Shown: positions 25,477-38,502 of the stretch, piece by piece
Position numbering within the stretch: the first letter of the stretch is position 1
How the letters are laid out: every line of letters starts with the position of its first letter
Assembly (NCBI RefSeq): GCF_964188315.1
Contig: NC_135659.1
Coordinates: 9,176,001-9,240,000 of the forward strand
Length of the DNA stretch: 64,000 nt
Direction of reading: 5' to 3'
From: Podarcis muralis
Lineage: Eukaryota
The notes under the pieces: model-generated
What the model was told of the DNA's origin: nothing
Database searches by the model: none
The model's input: only the letters and a program-made list of their open reading frames with translations
Program-made: the position numbers and the translations under genes

Positions 25477-25718
25477 TGGAAATCTTGCTTTTTTCCCCAA
25501 GTGTCTGACATCCTTAAGTTACTTAGTTCTTAGGAGGGGAAAGAGACTGTCCATTAATGACATTTATCAGTCACTTGTAAATTTAGTGCAGAAAGTTCCC
25601 CAGGATTGGTGGTTTTCCTCTGTTCCCACTCACTTGGAAAGAGAGGGAAGTTTTGTTTCACAAATGGCTTTTAGACTTTAGCAGCTGTTAGGAGCTTTTT
25701 GCATTTACAATGCATTTA

Positions 25719-26099
25719 CTGTATTTTTCTGTGTATAAGATGGGCTTTTTGGACCCAAAAATGAGGTTCAAAATTTAGGCTCGTCTTATACACAGGTAGT
25801 GCTGAAGGGGGAGGCGTGAATGGTTTTTTGGCGTGAGCCCGAGATTGTAAGCAGCGATTGGCTGCTTGATTGTTGGGGGGGGGTGTGTGCCGAAAATCGC
25901 TCACCCACTGGAACGAAGTGCAAGCCTAAGATTGTAAGTGGCAATTGTAAGCGACGCGTGCGGTTCTGCTCTGAGTTCTGGCGGGTGAGCGATTTTTGGC
26001 ATTCCCCCAAAATAATCCTCCCCAAAAGCTCAATCCCCCCTATTTTCTATATTTTGAGGCCCCCCAAACAGGGGGCGTCTTATAGACGGAAAAATACGG
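25719..26099. mobile_element. Tc2-like MITE
   Basis: TIR c(c/t)gtatttttc.gtgtataaga / cttatagacggaaaaatacgg, TA flanks. Confidence 0.85.
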
Positions 26100-26131
26100 T
26101 ACGTCGCTTACTACGGTTCTGTATCTTTCAG

Positions 26132-26353
26132 GCGATTTGTGTGGAATTTCTTCCGACTGGAGAATGAGCACCTGAACAACTGTGGTGAATTCCGAGCTGT
26201 CCGGGACATCTCGGTGGCACCACTCAACGCAGATGATCAGACCCTGCTTGAACAGATGATGGACCAGGAGGATGGTGTCCGGAATCGTCAGAAAAACCGG
26301 GCCTGGAAGCGTAGCCAGAGTGTGTCCTTGCATAGACCGCGTCTTGCTTCCCA
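26132..26353 (+). CDS. XPR1: XPR1 coding exon (approx. exon 14): [25 protein letters not shown]...RPRLAS(Q)
   Basis: ctttcag acceptor and cca|gtacgt donor. 222 nt. RLENEH motif. Confidence 0.97.
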
Positions 26354-26467
26354 GTACGTATTTGTTTCTTTTTTGAATGAGAGTGAGGGCTTGTCCACAC
26401 TTCCCCTTGTCCCGCTGCTTTTCCCCGGGGGAAACGGCTCTTTAGCGCTCAGTCAGAGCAAATGGCA

Positions 26468-26962
26468 GCATCTTACAAAGCAGAGACATCACCTTGCCAA
26501 CAAAGGTCCGTATAGTTAAAGCTATGGTTTTCCCAGTTGTGATGTATGGAAGTGAGAGCTGGACCATAAAGAAGGCTGATCGCCGAAGAATGGATGCTTT
26601 TGAATTATGGTGCTGGAGGAGACTCTTGAGAGTCCCATGGATCGCAAGAAGATCAAACCTATGCATTCTTAAGGAAATCAGCCCTGACTGCTCACTGGAA
26701 GGACAGATCCTGAAGCTGAGACTCCAAAACTTTGGCCACCTCATGAGAAGAGAAGACTCCCTGGCAAAGACCCTGATGTTGGGAAAGATGGAGGGCACAA
26801 GGAGAAGGGGACGACAGAGGACGAGATGGTTGGACAGTGTTCTCGAAGCTACCAGCATGAGTTTGACCAAACTGTGGGAGGCCTTGGAAGACAGGAGTGC
26901 CTGGTGTGCTCTGGCCCATGGGGTCACGAAGAGTCGGACACGACTAAACTAAACAACAACAA
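26468..26962 (+). mobile_element. RTE-BovB LINE 3' fragment
   Basis: Open frame [26 protein letters not shown]... and a 14-bp TSD cagagcaaatggca (26454-26467 / 26963-26976). Confidence 0.94.
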
Positions 26963-28104
26963 CAGAGCAAATGGCAACCAGGTTTTCTGCATTGTTCCAG
27001 TTTAAAGCTAAAGAGCTGCTTTTCCCTGGGAAAAGAGCAGGAGAAGGAGAAAGCCACTCAGACCCATGCTTTTCAGGCACGGGACAAGCAAAGCTGTCGA
27101 TGTGCCCTAAGCAAACTTCTACTGCATCTGCAAGGCATGGCTGACAGATCCTTCTCTACTGCCAATGTGAATGGACTCGATAAGTGTACTTGCACAATAC
27201 TTCTGCTCAGCACAGTCTTTAGGAAGAGACTGCAAAATCTGCTCATGGCAGGCCGATTTAAGGAGGACAGCCTGAACAAATTATGCAGGTGTTGTTTGAT
27301 TATGAGTCACTGCCAATAGACGTGATCACAATTTTTATTCCAGAGCTAGGTGAGTAATCAAAATTTAGAAAAGGGGGAGATTGTGAGCAACACATAAGGG
27401 AAAAGCAGGATTTTTTCAAGAGCAAGGTCCTTCTGATAACTACCTATCAGGTCACTTTTGATCTTCAGGTTTTAGTACCTACCACATTTTATGTTTTTAA
27501 CATCAGCACTTTGGCAGTAACTGGAAACACCACCCTTTAAAAAAATAATAATAATGAAAGAATTAGTTGTCTGTACTGAGTGGTGCTTTAGAAGCCTGTT
27601 GCTCTAATTTTCTCCAAACCCCCCCCCCTTGTGATTAAGGCAATATCCCTGGCTTTTTGAAAGGTCTAAGAAATTTAAATTTGGAGATCAGTGAAGCTCA
27701 ATAACAGGCTGAGCAGCAAAGATGCAGCAATTAGGGCAGGGTAGATTCAGTGTATGAATGCCAAGCTGTATGCAACTTTTACCCACATTATGGGCAGAGG
27801 CCTGATTGCAGTTTGACTTTATAGGTTCAGAGAGACCTCAAAATGTGTAGAGTCTACGTGTAGCTGAGGAGTAAAAGTATTCTCCCCCACCTAACCTGCT
27901 CAGACACCCTTGTCCTAGTCTACACACCCAGCCTCTGTGAACTTTAGCTCCTGATCTTGAGAAGGATGACACACATTAGACCTCTATAAATTAGAAAGTG
28001 TGCATAAAATCCCTATTTTGTGTTTTACTGCTTTACTATAAGCCAACCAGAGAACCTTTATGTTGTGGAATCAAACACAGATGCTGTCAATAAAAAATGA
28101 ATTA

Positions 28105-28364
28105 CCGTAATTTTTGCTCTATAAGACTCACTTTTTCCCTCCTAAAAAGTAAGGGGAAATGTGTGTGCGTCTTATGGAGCGAATGCAGGCTGCACAGCTA
28201 TCCCAGAAGGCAGAACAGCAAGAGGGATTGCTGCTTTCACTGCACAGCGATCCCTCTTGCTGTTCTGGCTTCTGAGATTCAGAATATATTTTTTTCTTGT
28301 TTTCCTCCTCCAAAAACTAGGTGCGTCTTGTGGTCTGGTGCGTCTTATAGAGCGAAAAATACGG
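28105..28364. mobile_element. Tc2-like MITE family C
   Basis: TIR ccgtaatttttgctctataagac / gtcttatagagcgaaaaatacgg, TA flanks. Confidence 0.9.
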
Positions 28365-28452
28365 TAATTATTATCCTCATGCAAGACAACAAAGTCTCTA
28401 TCTTGTGTTATATATTTTTTCTTCAGCTGTATTTAATTTTGTGTTTTCCCAG

Positions 28453-28513
28453 GTCCAAGTCTCGTGACACCAAGGTGTTAATAGAAGACACAGATGACGA
28501 AGCAAACACATGA
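28453..28513 (+). CDS. XPR1: XPR1 last coding exon: SKSRDTKVLIEDTDDEANT*
   Basis: ttttcccag acceptor. C-terminus essentially identical to mammalian XPR1. TGA stop at 28511-28513. Confidence 0.97.
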
Positions 28514-31500
28514 AATGTCCACAGAACAAAGTTCCACATCCCTTGTGTTCTCTCGCTTTACTACCTTCTCCCTGCCCCCCCGCCCCACACAACACCACCA
28601 CCAACAACAACCCAACTTCTGGTATATTTCCAGCAGAAAACAGGAGAAAAAAATCTGAACACACTTTCTGAGCTCTTCCGGACCGGATCCTATGGACTCC
28701 AACAAGCTCACTGTGTTTTCTTTTCTTTTCTTCTGGTTTTAATTTGATTTCTTGTTTTTAAAATAAAAAGGTTACTTCGTTTTGCCAATCAGAGGGGACA
28801 CTTATGGAAGGAACTGTCTTAAAGATTGTTTTCAATCGCTTCAAGGACATAACAATTTCGATGAGGAAGCATCGTCGGGACTCCCCGAGGGGACTCTACC
28901 GAGAACTCACTCAGTCTCTGCTCGGTCCAGTTTTGGCGGGTTGAAGCTGGACCTGCATTTTAAACTCTGGCTCATGCTCTGGTTTTTGGTGTTCTCCTCC
29001 TTCATAACCCAGCACCAAGGCACTGGTTGCACTTGCCGGGAAAGTGCACTTAGGGCAGTACCTTCATTCATGAAGCTACTTTTTAATTTGATGTGACTTT
29101 CTTATCATTTTTTGGAAATACGATGTATTTGTTGCACATAGTTTTCACATTATTTATGATAGTTGACAACTATATAAGAGAATGGTTTCGAGTCCTGTGC
29201 AATGAAGGTGGTAGCTCTCTTAAAAACAAGGCGAGTGGTGGGGGGGAGGGGACGTAGATCCTGAATCTCTCTTCCTGTGAGGTTACGCCCCTTTAAAATA
29301 CCTCTTTGACGAGAGAATTTGCACCGCTTTGACCTGACTTTTTCTTTCTCTTTTTCCATTTGATTTCTTTTAAACCAAAGTTTCTCTTGTGGGTTTTACT
29401 TGCTGCTGCTGCTGCCGCTGCTGCTGGTCCCTCAGAAACCTGGGCATGATTTTAGCCGGATCATCCTTGTCTCTCTTTGGGTTTTTGTTTTTTTAAATGT
29501 AGCTGTGCAGAAGTAGTACAAATGATCTTCAGCTTTCTGACGGAGGTTAATCCCGTGCAGTTCCTCAGATACCCGTGCAAAAAAAAAGCCTTAGTTTGTA
29601 GATTAGGAAAAGTTTTTTGCTTTAATGAGCTGAGTCTTTAGGACATTACCCTTTTAAACAGGGGATACATGCATTATTCCATTTACTTCAGCTACATAAT
29701 AGGAGTGAAACTTGGGATTAAGTGAAGAAATGGTCTGCCTTGTTGGGGATACAGGATGATGCCTTCATCAATCCAAATGGGGGTTAGGCAGACACTCAAG
29801 ACCTTGTCACTTAGGTGAGTTGGAGACTGTGGTCTCGGAAATTGGTATTGCAATAGAAAGGGCTTTTTAATGCTTTAAAAATAATAATAATTAAAAAAAA
29901 AACCTTTTGCCATACTTTGGCAAATACTCTTCTGACAATCACTGGCCAAGAACATCCTCAGGTTAGCTTTCTTTTCTTTCTTTTCTTTTTAACCTATCTA
30001 CCCCAAATCCTGCCAAGCTTAGTGTTAGACCTGACTTCTGCAAGTATTATATTAAGTGGCACTGCTAATGGGAGTAAGGGTAGATGGCCATACAGTTTAG
30101 AAAATTCTTTAGGAAAAGTTTCCAGCTTGATTTTGTTTTAATCCACGTTGGCCTCCAGAGCCCATAGGATAGAGCAGCATGAATGTCTTAAGATGACCAT
30201 ATCCACCCCTCGTAGTCGCAAGCCTTGTTGTGTATGCCACGCATTTGTGCTTAATGTTAGCAAACGAAATCTTATTTGTGCTCTGTTACACAGTGTGTGC
30301 GTATGTGAGGTCAACACCATATAGTGGGGAAGCTACTAAATTTCCCTGAACCCTGAACTCTGTCTCTATTCCAAGACTTCACAGCAAGGACTGTGTTGTC
30401 TCTCTCTCTCTCTTTTTTAGCCATTTCAGGTTGTAACTTCTTGCTAGTTCCTTTTCTCCTGCGGAGTCGTCTAGGGTCTGCAGATCAGAGGCACACTTTT
30501 AAGCAAAGAGGGTTTCTCCTTAATCCTTACCCCCTTTTTCTTAGTTGATAATTGTGTCCCTGCTTACCTATTTATTGCCCACTTATCTTCTCAAGCCATT
30601 CATTTTGTAGGGCAACTGTGGCTTAAAAAAAAAAAAAAAGTATTCATAACGTGCCTGTATCCCAGAGGAACTAGAGACTGGAATCTGCTACTCTTCAACA
30701 GAGCAAAACAAGTCAGCAAAACAGTGGCTGCAAATTAGGGCCTCTTAGCAGGCAGAAGAGTGAGTCCTAGAATCTCAGTCACTTGTATTGTGCTTTAGCC
30801 TATCAAGATAATTGCTGGGAGAACTGCAAAAAAAACCCCCACAAATTTTAACATGATGGATGGCCAGGAAGAGAGGTGTGTGGATGTTGGTAGAAAACAT
30901 GGGAGTTGTGCAGTGTGAGTTCTTCTGCCCATTTGGTATTCGAAAACCAAGCTACTCCAAGAGGAAATAATTCTGAGAACAGTTTTTAACGATAGACCCT
31001 ACATGTCCTCCTGGGGTTCAGAAGCTCCAGCCTAGCCGTGCTGCCTTTCTCAGACAAGATGCATTTGCAATTAAGGAGAGCCTTTGAGATATTTCAAGGG
31101 TTTTTGTTTTGTTCTCTTTTTTTCTATTCCAGGGGTCGGCTTTGTTTTGTTTGTATTTTACTTACGAAAATAGTTGATTTTTATTTTATTTTATGCAGCA
31201 ATCTGGTTGTTAACTGATAATTACCGCTGACTGTCTGAGAATAATGGTGACTAATTATAAAAGTTAGGAAGATTAACGGCGCGAAAGGATCAACGTAGCC
31301 TTGGGATGCTGGTCTGAGCAAATCATGTGTCACCTCCCAAAGCAATGCAACACTTCTTAAGCTAGCGTAGAAAGAACTTGGCAGAGAGGTTTGAAAGAAC
31401 AAGGGTAGAGTAGGAGGAGCAGTCAGTCGCTGGAGAATTCTCAGCAGCCCATGGACTCAGGTAGGATGAAGGGAAAGGCTTTATCTGGACACAGGTGATA

Positions 31501-34500
31501 GTTATAAAGAGAACTGAAAACAGTGTCCGGCAAATGTCATTGGCAAAGTTTTCTGTGCTTTGTCATAGCATCATCTCTGGCCAAACTGGCCTTGTAGGTT
31601 TCTGCAGCATTAAAAACTTGAAAAGCCTTGCTCACCAGATAATAGGAATGGAACGTGCCACAGGCAAGAGTGCCCCTTTTATGCTGCTATCAGTACTCTG
31701 AAAAAAAGCTGTTCTTAGCAGTGGGATGCATCCAGCTTATCCGGAAACGACTGCACAGCTGGTCCAGACCTTGTGTCTATGGGAACCCTTAATCAATTCT
31801 TGTGGGCATTGCATTGTTGCATTTGATTCTGATACAGAGGGATAGTCTTCACTCTCCCAACATTAATGACGTTCTCAGAAGAAGGCAGAATTCAAGACTA
31901 CTGTTTGGAGTGGCAGGTTTTACCAGGAAGCCCTTACAGTCTTTCTTCCAGCGGTGGTTTAGCTGCTGTAATGCCTTGGGCATTCCATTCCAGTATGGAT
32001 TTTAAAAAGAATGGGAGTTTCAGTACTAACTCGGATTTCTATATGTAGCATACGAACTAGGAGATTGCAGGTCTTGCCAGTACTGGAATTCCTTTCCAGA
32101 TTACATATCAAGCATGCTAGGCTAACTGTGGACAAGATCCTTGACTTCCTGCTTCAGGTCTTTTGAAATGAGTCACTCATGCTTCTGGAATCGTTTTTAA
32201 AAAGAGCCTCTTCTCTGAATTTCTTATTTCGTTCTTACAGCGGTCAGTGCAGAGTGGGATCCACAGCTGTGCCAGAAAGGTGGTGTTCCCTGAACCCCTC
32301 ATTTTAAAAAAAACCAGCTGGTTTAAATTTAAAGATGGAATATTGGGACTGCCAGGACACAGCTTCCTCCTTCTTGAATTGAAAAGGCTGTCTTTTGATG
32401 GAGACATGCAGTGGTTCCCCCCCCCCCCCAAAAAAAAGGACATTAGGAGAATGTTGCTTCTGGTGTGTTTACTCATTCCACTTCCACCTCTAATCAGCAG
32501 TCTGTAAGGGTTTTATTAATTGGTAAAACATGTTAAGCCTGAGGTGACACAGGAACAAGAAATGACTCTCGGCTGTCTTTGAAGCTTGTTCATCTCTAGC
32601 TTTTGTTTCAGCAGCCTCTAAACTTAGGGTGGTCTTCCTCTCTGCAACTTTCTTAGGTGGAGCTATGTTAGAAAAATCGAGATACAGTATGTGGCTTAAA
32701 TGAAAGCAGGTTAGTGATATTTGCCTTCTGCCTACCATGGGCATTTTAGAAGCATCTTGTGTGAGAATGTGCAGAAAGACTTTGCTACTTTGGCTTTCCT
32801 TTTTAAAAAGGGGTTTCCCGCTTTCTTGTGTTTGAGCAAATGGAGGAAAGGTTTGTCTCAAATCATAGGACCCCCAGCTGTCTTCTTTCCCTCTTTCTCC
32901 ATGGTGGTTCCCAGGTCATGGAGAGCAGTAGGAATTTTCCTGCACCTCTAGAACCAGGATTCAATTTTTTTTTTTTCATACAATAAAGGTAGGTTTTGAT
33001 AATCTTTCAGACCATGCTTGCTATCCCTGTTGATCAGTTTTCTTGACTGCCACAAGCAAGCAAGCTCTGCAGAAAAATGAGCAGCATATCTCCATTTGGT
33101 GCTGCATTTTCCACTTGTATTCAGGAGAAGTTCTGTGGTTCTGGATTCTAGGGGTAGGAATGCCCAGTCTCCCTTACAAACTGCCTGTTGTTTGTCAGGA
33201 CTTGACACTGATAACAAGCCCAAACAGGGGACAGACTTCTTTCTTGTTTAGAAGCGCTGTTGCTTTCAAATTGTGTTTCTTGGAACACTGGTGCTCCTTA
33301 AGTAGAAAGTCAATAGTTGCAGGAATGGTTCCTCGAAATAGAATTTGTCAGCTATTATTTCTCTTTAGTGTACTGCTGCTGAGAGCGGTTACATGGGGCA
33401 ACAGGAGGTCCAGCGTTCCTTGCCAACATCCATTGTAAACTGTCCCCTAAAGCATATGCCCCAGAACCAAATGCGCGGAGTACAGGAAACCCACAGCGAC
33501 GAGGTTCAACAAAGGGTAGGTTTGAAAACACTGATCTAGATCTTCCCAAAGATACAAATGATTCGGTTTTAACATGTGCGTTTTCCTTCGCATGGAAACA
33601 TTACCAAGGAGGGCCACAGATTTTCATTGCCATAAGTAAACTGGGGCAGATAAGATGTGTTCCAGGGGGGCAACATTGCTACTGTGATAATCCCCTACTC
33701 CCATAAGAATGTTGAGGAAAGCCAAAGTTTTCTGAGATTCATCCGAGGGATAAATTAAAATGCCTAATTTTAGACATTGCAAACTGCCCCTCTCGTGATT
33801 GGTTGCTAGCAGGAGGTGGGGTAGCAGTGTCTGTTGCAGCTACACAAGGCAACTGAACCCCTTTACTGTGACGACAGACCTCATACTTTATGAGCACCAA
33901 ACTTGGCAGGGTGGGGAACATAACCCTCCAGGTATTTCCGGACTACAGCTCCCATCATCCCTTGACCATTTTGTGTAGGGCTGATGAGAGTTGGAGTTCA
34001 ACAACACCTAGAGGGCTATGAGGCCCCTATCTCTGCTTGACCAGAACTGATATATCCTTTTCACCTGCAAGCAGCTGATCAGCCATGTGGAGAAAGAAAT
34101 TGCTCGGCCTTAAATACTGGAGCTTTGGGCTCAGCTGGCTAATGAGAGGGGGAAAGGAGAGGAAGACCTCATTGATCCGGAAGGGAAGGGTCATTTCCAT
34201 AATGCTAATATCTGTGTCCAGTGTCTTTTTGCCGCTCTTCTATTAAAACTCTCCCCATAAATGTGACGAGCCCAAAGAGATGTCACACATTCTGGGGCAA
34301 GACTGATGAACCTACTACTCCAGTAGCGCTATGAAAAAGCAACCAGGGTGCTTACAGTTTCTGATTGCAAGGTGTGTAATTTGGCAAACCCAAGCCTTTG
34401 ATTGAGAAAAGTTTTTTTCTTTTTTGCGCTGCCGGAGTAGTTGTGGGTAAAGGGAGCTGCAGGGTTGATAATTCGACTGGAAATGTAATCCTCTCGTGCC

Positions 34501-35170
34501 CATACAGGCTAGTGGATGAGCCTGCTTACCAATCTATACGATAAATCCCCTCCAACCTATTTAGCTTTATACTGTGTAGATTCTTCTTACGGTGCTTGGA
34601 GGTGGCAACGAACTTTTCGTTCACACCTTTGCCCTGCTCTTCCTCATTCCCATTCCTCTACACCCTTCCAGTGTGTTGGTCTACATGATGATTATATAAA
34701 GTTTGAAGCCCTGAGCTATAGGTGTCAAAAGTAACTATGGAATGTGATTTAGTCCTCTTGTGGGTGCTTTTCTCTTTACTTTCTTCCTTTCTCTATCCCC
34801 TTCTCCACTCCTGTTTTGGCTCAGTGGAAAAGGTGAGGACAAAGACTTGCCGCTTGCTTGGACTCATGATGATGTTATCCGTGATTGCGCTATTAGCTGT
34901 TTCCTTCTCCCTCCCCTCCCTCCCCCCCAAAATGGATATAAGACTTTTCTGAAGTGTGGAATTAACTTTCTTGATAAGTAGGTTTAAAAAAATGCACAAT
35001 GTGGTACTGTTTCATAGTTCCTAGATGGTTGTATAAAAAAAAAAAGTTAATGTGGTTTGTGTTTTTAAAAGGAAAAAAGTGATTGGTTTATTAATCTGTC
35101 TTTTTCATTATTACAAGCTTTGTTTTCCAATAACTTCGTGCCTGCTTCGTTGTTTTGCATTTTGTGCACA
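28514..35170 (+). other. XPR1: Probable XPR1 3'UTR (3' end uncertain); proximal AATAAA at 28762-28767
   Basis: Follows the stop codon, is U/AU-rich, and has no recognisable TE until ~33900. The distal end is inferred from UTR-like composition only. Confidence 0.45.
33907..34035. mobile_element. Degenerate fold-back hAT-like MITE
   Basis: ggactacagctcccatcatccc core and a partly complementary right arm. Confidence 0.55.
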
Positions 35171-35358
35171 GTAACTGACCCTCCTTGACCACTTGGTTCT
35201 TGAACATATAGATGATAATAACACTGGCCGCAACCTACCTGGGAATAGACTGTTCTAGACCTGGGGACAAGAAAAGAAACACCTTCAAATACAGCTTTGT
35301 GGCTTCAGATAACTTCAGATAACCCTACATTGGATAAATTCCTGTTGTTTTATCTATA

Positions 35359-35649
35359 CAGTGGTGCCTCGCAAGACGAAAAACTCACTAGACGAAAGGG
35401 TTTTCCGTTTTTTGAGTCGTTCCACAAGACGAATTTCCCTATGGGCTTGCTTCGCAAGACGAAACGTCTTGCGAGTTATTGCGAGTTTGTTTCCTTTTTC
35501 TTAAAGCCGCTAATAGCCGCTAAGCCGTTAATAGCCGCTAAGCCGTTAATAGCCGCTAAGCCGCTAATAGCCGTGCTTCGCAAGGCGAAAAAACCGCAAG
35601 ACGAAGAGACTCGCGGAACGGATTAATTTCGTCTTGCGAGGCACCACTG
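35359..35649. mobile_element. Tigger/pogo-like MITE family A
   Basis: Perfect TIR cagtggtgcctcgcaagacgaa / ttcgtcttgcgaggcaccactg, TA flanks. Confidence 0.9.
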
Positions 35650-36713
35650 TATAGTTTTTATGCTGCTTTAATAGAAAACCTAAGTATTCTATATAAAAAC
35701 ATTTAAGAATACACCATTCAATAAAAAATCCTAAATACTAGCTAAAAACAGAACTTGATATCACCTAGGAAGCTGCCTCATTCCGAGTCAAGACACTTTA
35801 GCTAGTGACTCTCCCACGTTTCAGTCAGGGGACTCCCCAACCCTTCATGAAGATGGAGATTGAACGTGGGGTCTTCTGCATACAAAGCAGATACTCTTCC
35901 ACTGCCCTCCCGAAAAACAACGCGTGTCACATCTTAATTAAATCCCTATGGGGAATTTCTAAGTGCTAGCAAGGTTACTGCTTCCCCACTTCTCGATGGC
36001 ACCCATCTGTCTCGAGAAAAAACGAAGTGCATCTGTGGGGGTGAAGTCCATTAGCAGCACCAAAGGGACCTCCTTGGACAGTGTGTGTGGCAGTTCTGGG
36101 CTGCCTAGACGACAAGACCCCCCCCCCCCAGCCTCACTGATGTGGTCCAAAGCAGAGCAGAGCAATACGTTTGGCACCAGCTGGGCTGCAGGAAGGATCT
36201 GTACAGGGCAGGGATAAGAAGCATGATCAAAAGTGGTGATTGCACATCGTGCGTTTCAATGCAAAAGGCTCCCTCCTCCTTCAGATTGCAAAGGTTGCCC
36301 TGCAAGTTGCTTGTCATTTGAACTTCAGTGAGCAGGGCAGGCCCAATAATTCTTGGTACCTGAAGTAGAAAAATGGAGTGGCAACTGATGAACATGAGTG
36401 CAGTTCTCTGGAAAGTTCGGCTTCGCAAGCCCCGCTAATGTGAATGGGAGCTGCTCTGCGCCCCGTGGACTGAATCTGCCTCTCATTCTCTCTTTCTTAA
36501 TGCTGAAAGCGAACCTCCCGAAGTCGCATGCACACTTTCCATTTAAAGCACTCCTGCACCGTTGTAGCAGGAGGTTCCCAAGGATCCAGGGAAGTTTCCA
36601 GGATTCTTTGGTGGGGAGGGCGGAGCCCTGACTTTACAAGGTAATACAAGAGTGCTTTAAAGGAGTGTTGCACATGCGCTATTAATGTCACTGTAGTTCT
36701 TCTGCACCATGGG

Positions 36714-36848
36714 CAGGCACAGGCAAACTCCAGCCCTCAGATGTTTGGGACTGCAATTCCCATCATCCCTAGCTAACAGGACCAGTGGTCAGGGATGATG
36801 GGAATTGTATCCCCAAACATCTGGAGGGCCAGAGTTTGCCTATGCCTG
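36714..36848. mobile_element. Fold-back hAT MITE
   Basis: TIR caggca(c/t)aggcaaactc and an 8-bp TSD accatggg / accaaggg with one mismatch. Confidence 0.85.
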
Positions 36849-37041
36849 ACCAAGGGGAAAGGGGTTGGTGCAGGATTGGCAGCTGAAACAACCAGTTCTG
36901 TTTGATCGAACATAATGGAGCAAAAGCAAAGGGTTTCATTGGCTATTTCGAGGAGGGTGAATTGCCAAGCATTGATGCATTTAACTGAAGAGGTCAGTAT
37001 AAACAACAAAACTTGTAGGGAATTTCTGCAGGATGGCAGTA

Positions 37042-37283
37042 CAGTGGTACCTTGGGTTAAGAACTTAATTCGTTCCGGAGGTCCGTTCTTAACCTGAAAC
37101 TGTTCTTAACCTGAGACACCACTTTAGCTGATGGGGCCTCCCGCTGCCACCACGCCGCCGCTGCGCAATTTCTGTTCTCATCCTGAAGCAAAGTTCTTAA
37201 CCCGAGGTACTATTTCTGGGTTAGCAGAGTCTGTAACCCGAAGCGTCTGTAACCTGAAGCATCTGTAACCTGAGGTACCACTG
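37042..37283. mobile_element. Tigger/pogo-like MITE family B
   Basis: TIRs and TA flanks as for the 12189 copy. Confidence 0.9.
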
Positions 37284-37368
37284 TATAGGGCACTCCCACA
37301 CGAGCCATTTGCTGAATATTTGTAGGTTTCAGGAGGAAGAATCCGTGTGACATCATGCTTGAGGTATA

Positions 37369-37718
37369 AAGGTAAAGGGACCCCTGACCATTAGGTCCAG
37401 TCGTGACTGACTCTGGGGTTGCGGCGCTCATCTTGCTTTATTGGCCAAGGGAGCCGGCGTACAGCTTCTGGGTCATGTGGCCAGTATGACTAAGCCGCTT
37501 CTGGCGAACCAGAGCAGCGCACGGAAACACCGTTTACCTTCCTGTGGGAGCGGTACCTATTTATCTACTTGCACTTTGACGTGCTTTTGAATTGCTAGGT
37601 TGGCAGGAGCAGGGACCAAGCAACGGGAGCTCACTCCATCGCGGGGATTCGAACCGCCAACCTTCTGATCGGCAAGTCCTAGGCTCTGTGGTTTAACCCA
37701 CAGTGCCACCTGTGTCCC
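37369..37718 (-). mobile_element. Sauria SINE, full length
   Basis: Box A/B and tail, with a 14-bp TSD atgcttgaggtata (37355-37368 / 37719-37732). Confidence 0.93.
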
Positions 37719-38279
37719 ATGCTTGAGGTATAGACATCCCAATTTCCCCTCTTTGAGATAAAAACCACTGACTAGCACTGTTAAGACTGGTACGGACATG
37801 AAAACTGAACACAAGCTCTTCCAAGGTGGAACTACAGTATTCCATTTTGGGTGGGGTTTGTTTTTGATGCATTTTGTGACATATGGGGACGGGGGTGTTC
37901 TACTGCCACACCTCCACGGGCCCAGTTTGGCACACCAGAGACATTTTATTTCCAGGAACAGCCACAGGATAACAGCTTTTTGTTTTCTAACACCCACCCT
38001 CTTCTCGGTATCAGAGGGGGAGAAGGACTTGTGTAACGTCAGAAAGTCTAGCCTATTGCTAGGTTTTTTGTTGGTCTGCAATCTCCAGGGCCATTAAGAA
38101 GATGATGAAAAAACAGTTCCTGGCAGTTTTATACCCTGGCTGAGTCATTTGTGAAGCTTGCAATGAAACAGATGAGGGATCAAAGGCCTTTGGAGTAAAA
38201 TGAGATGGTGCCCCCCCCCCCATTTCTACTTCTCTTCCTTTCCCCTACTCCCAAGAACCAGCACCACTGCAAGACAGTA

Positions 38280-38502
38280 CAGTGGTACCTCGGGTTAAGT
38301 ACTTAATTCGTTCCGGAGGTCCGTACTTAACTTGAAACTGTTCTTAACCTGAAGCACTTTAGCTAATGGGGCCTCCTGCTGCCGCTGCACCGCTGGAGCC
38401 CGATTTCTGTTCTCATCCTGAAGCAAGGTTCTTAACCTGAAGCACTATTTCTGGGTTAGCAGAGTCTGTAACCTGAAGCATATGTAACCCGAGGTACCAC
38501 TG
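38280..38502. mobile_element. Tigger/pogo-like MITE family B
   Basis: TIR cagtggtacctcgggtta / taacccgaggtaccactg, TA flanks. Confidence 0.9.

Noticed and set aside
2784-28452. U12-type (minor) introns in XPR1
   Set aside because: The donors read GTATGT, GTACTG, GTGCGT, GTAAGA and GTACGT; none is RTATCCTT.
28511-28520. Stop-codon readthrough of XPR1
   Set aside because: The context is TGA-AAT, not the TGA-CTA(G) readthrough motif.
37557-38081. 174-aa minus-strand ORF
   Set aside because: Partly Sauria SINE sequence, with no recognisable domain or splice context.
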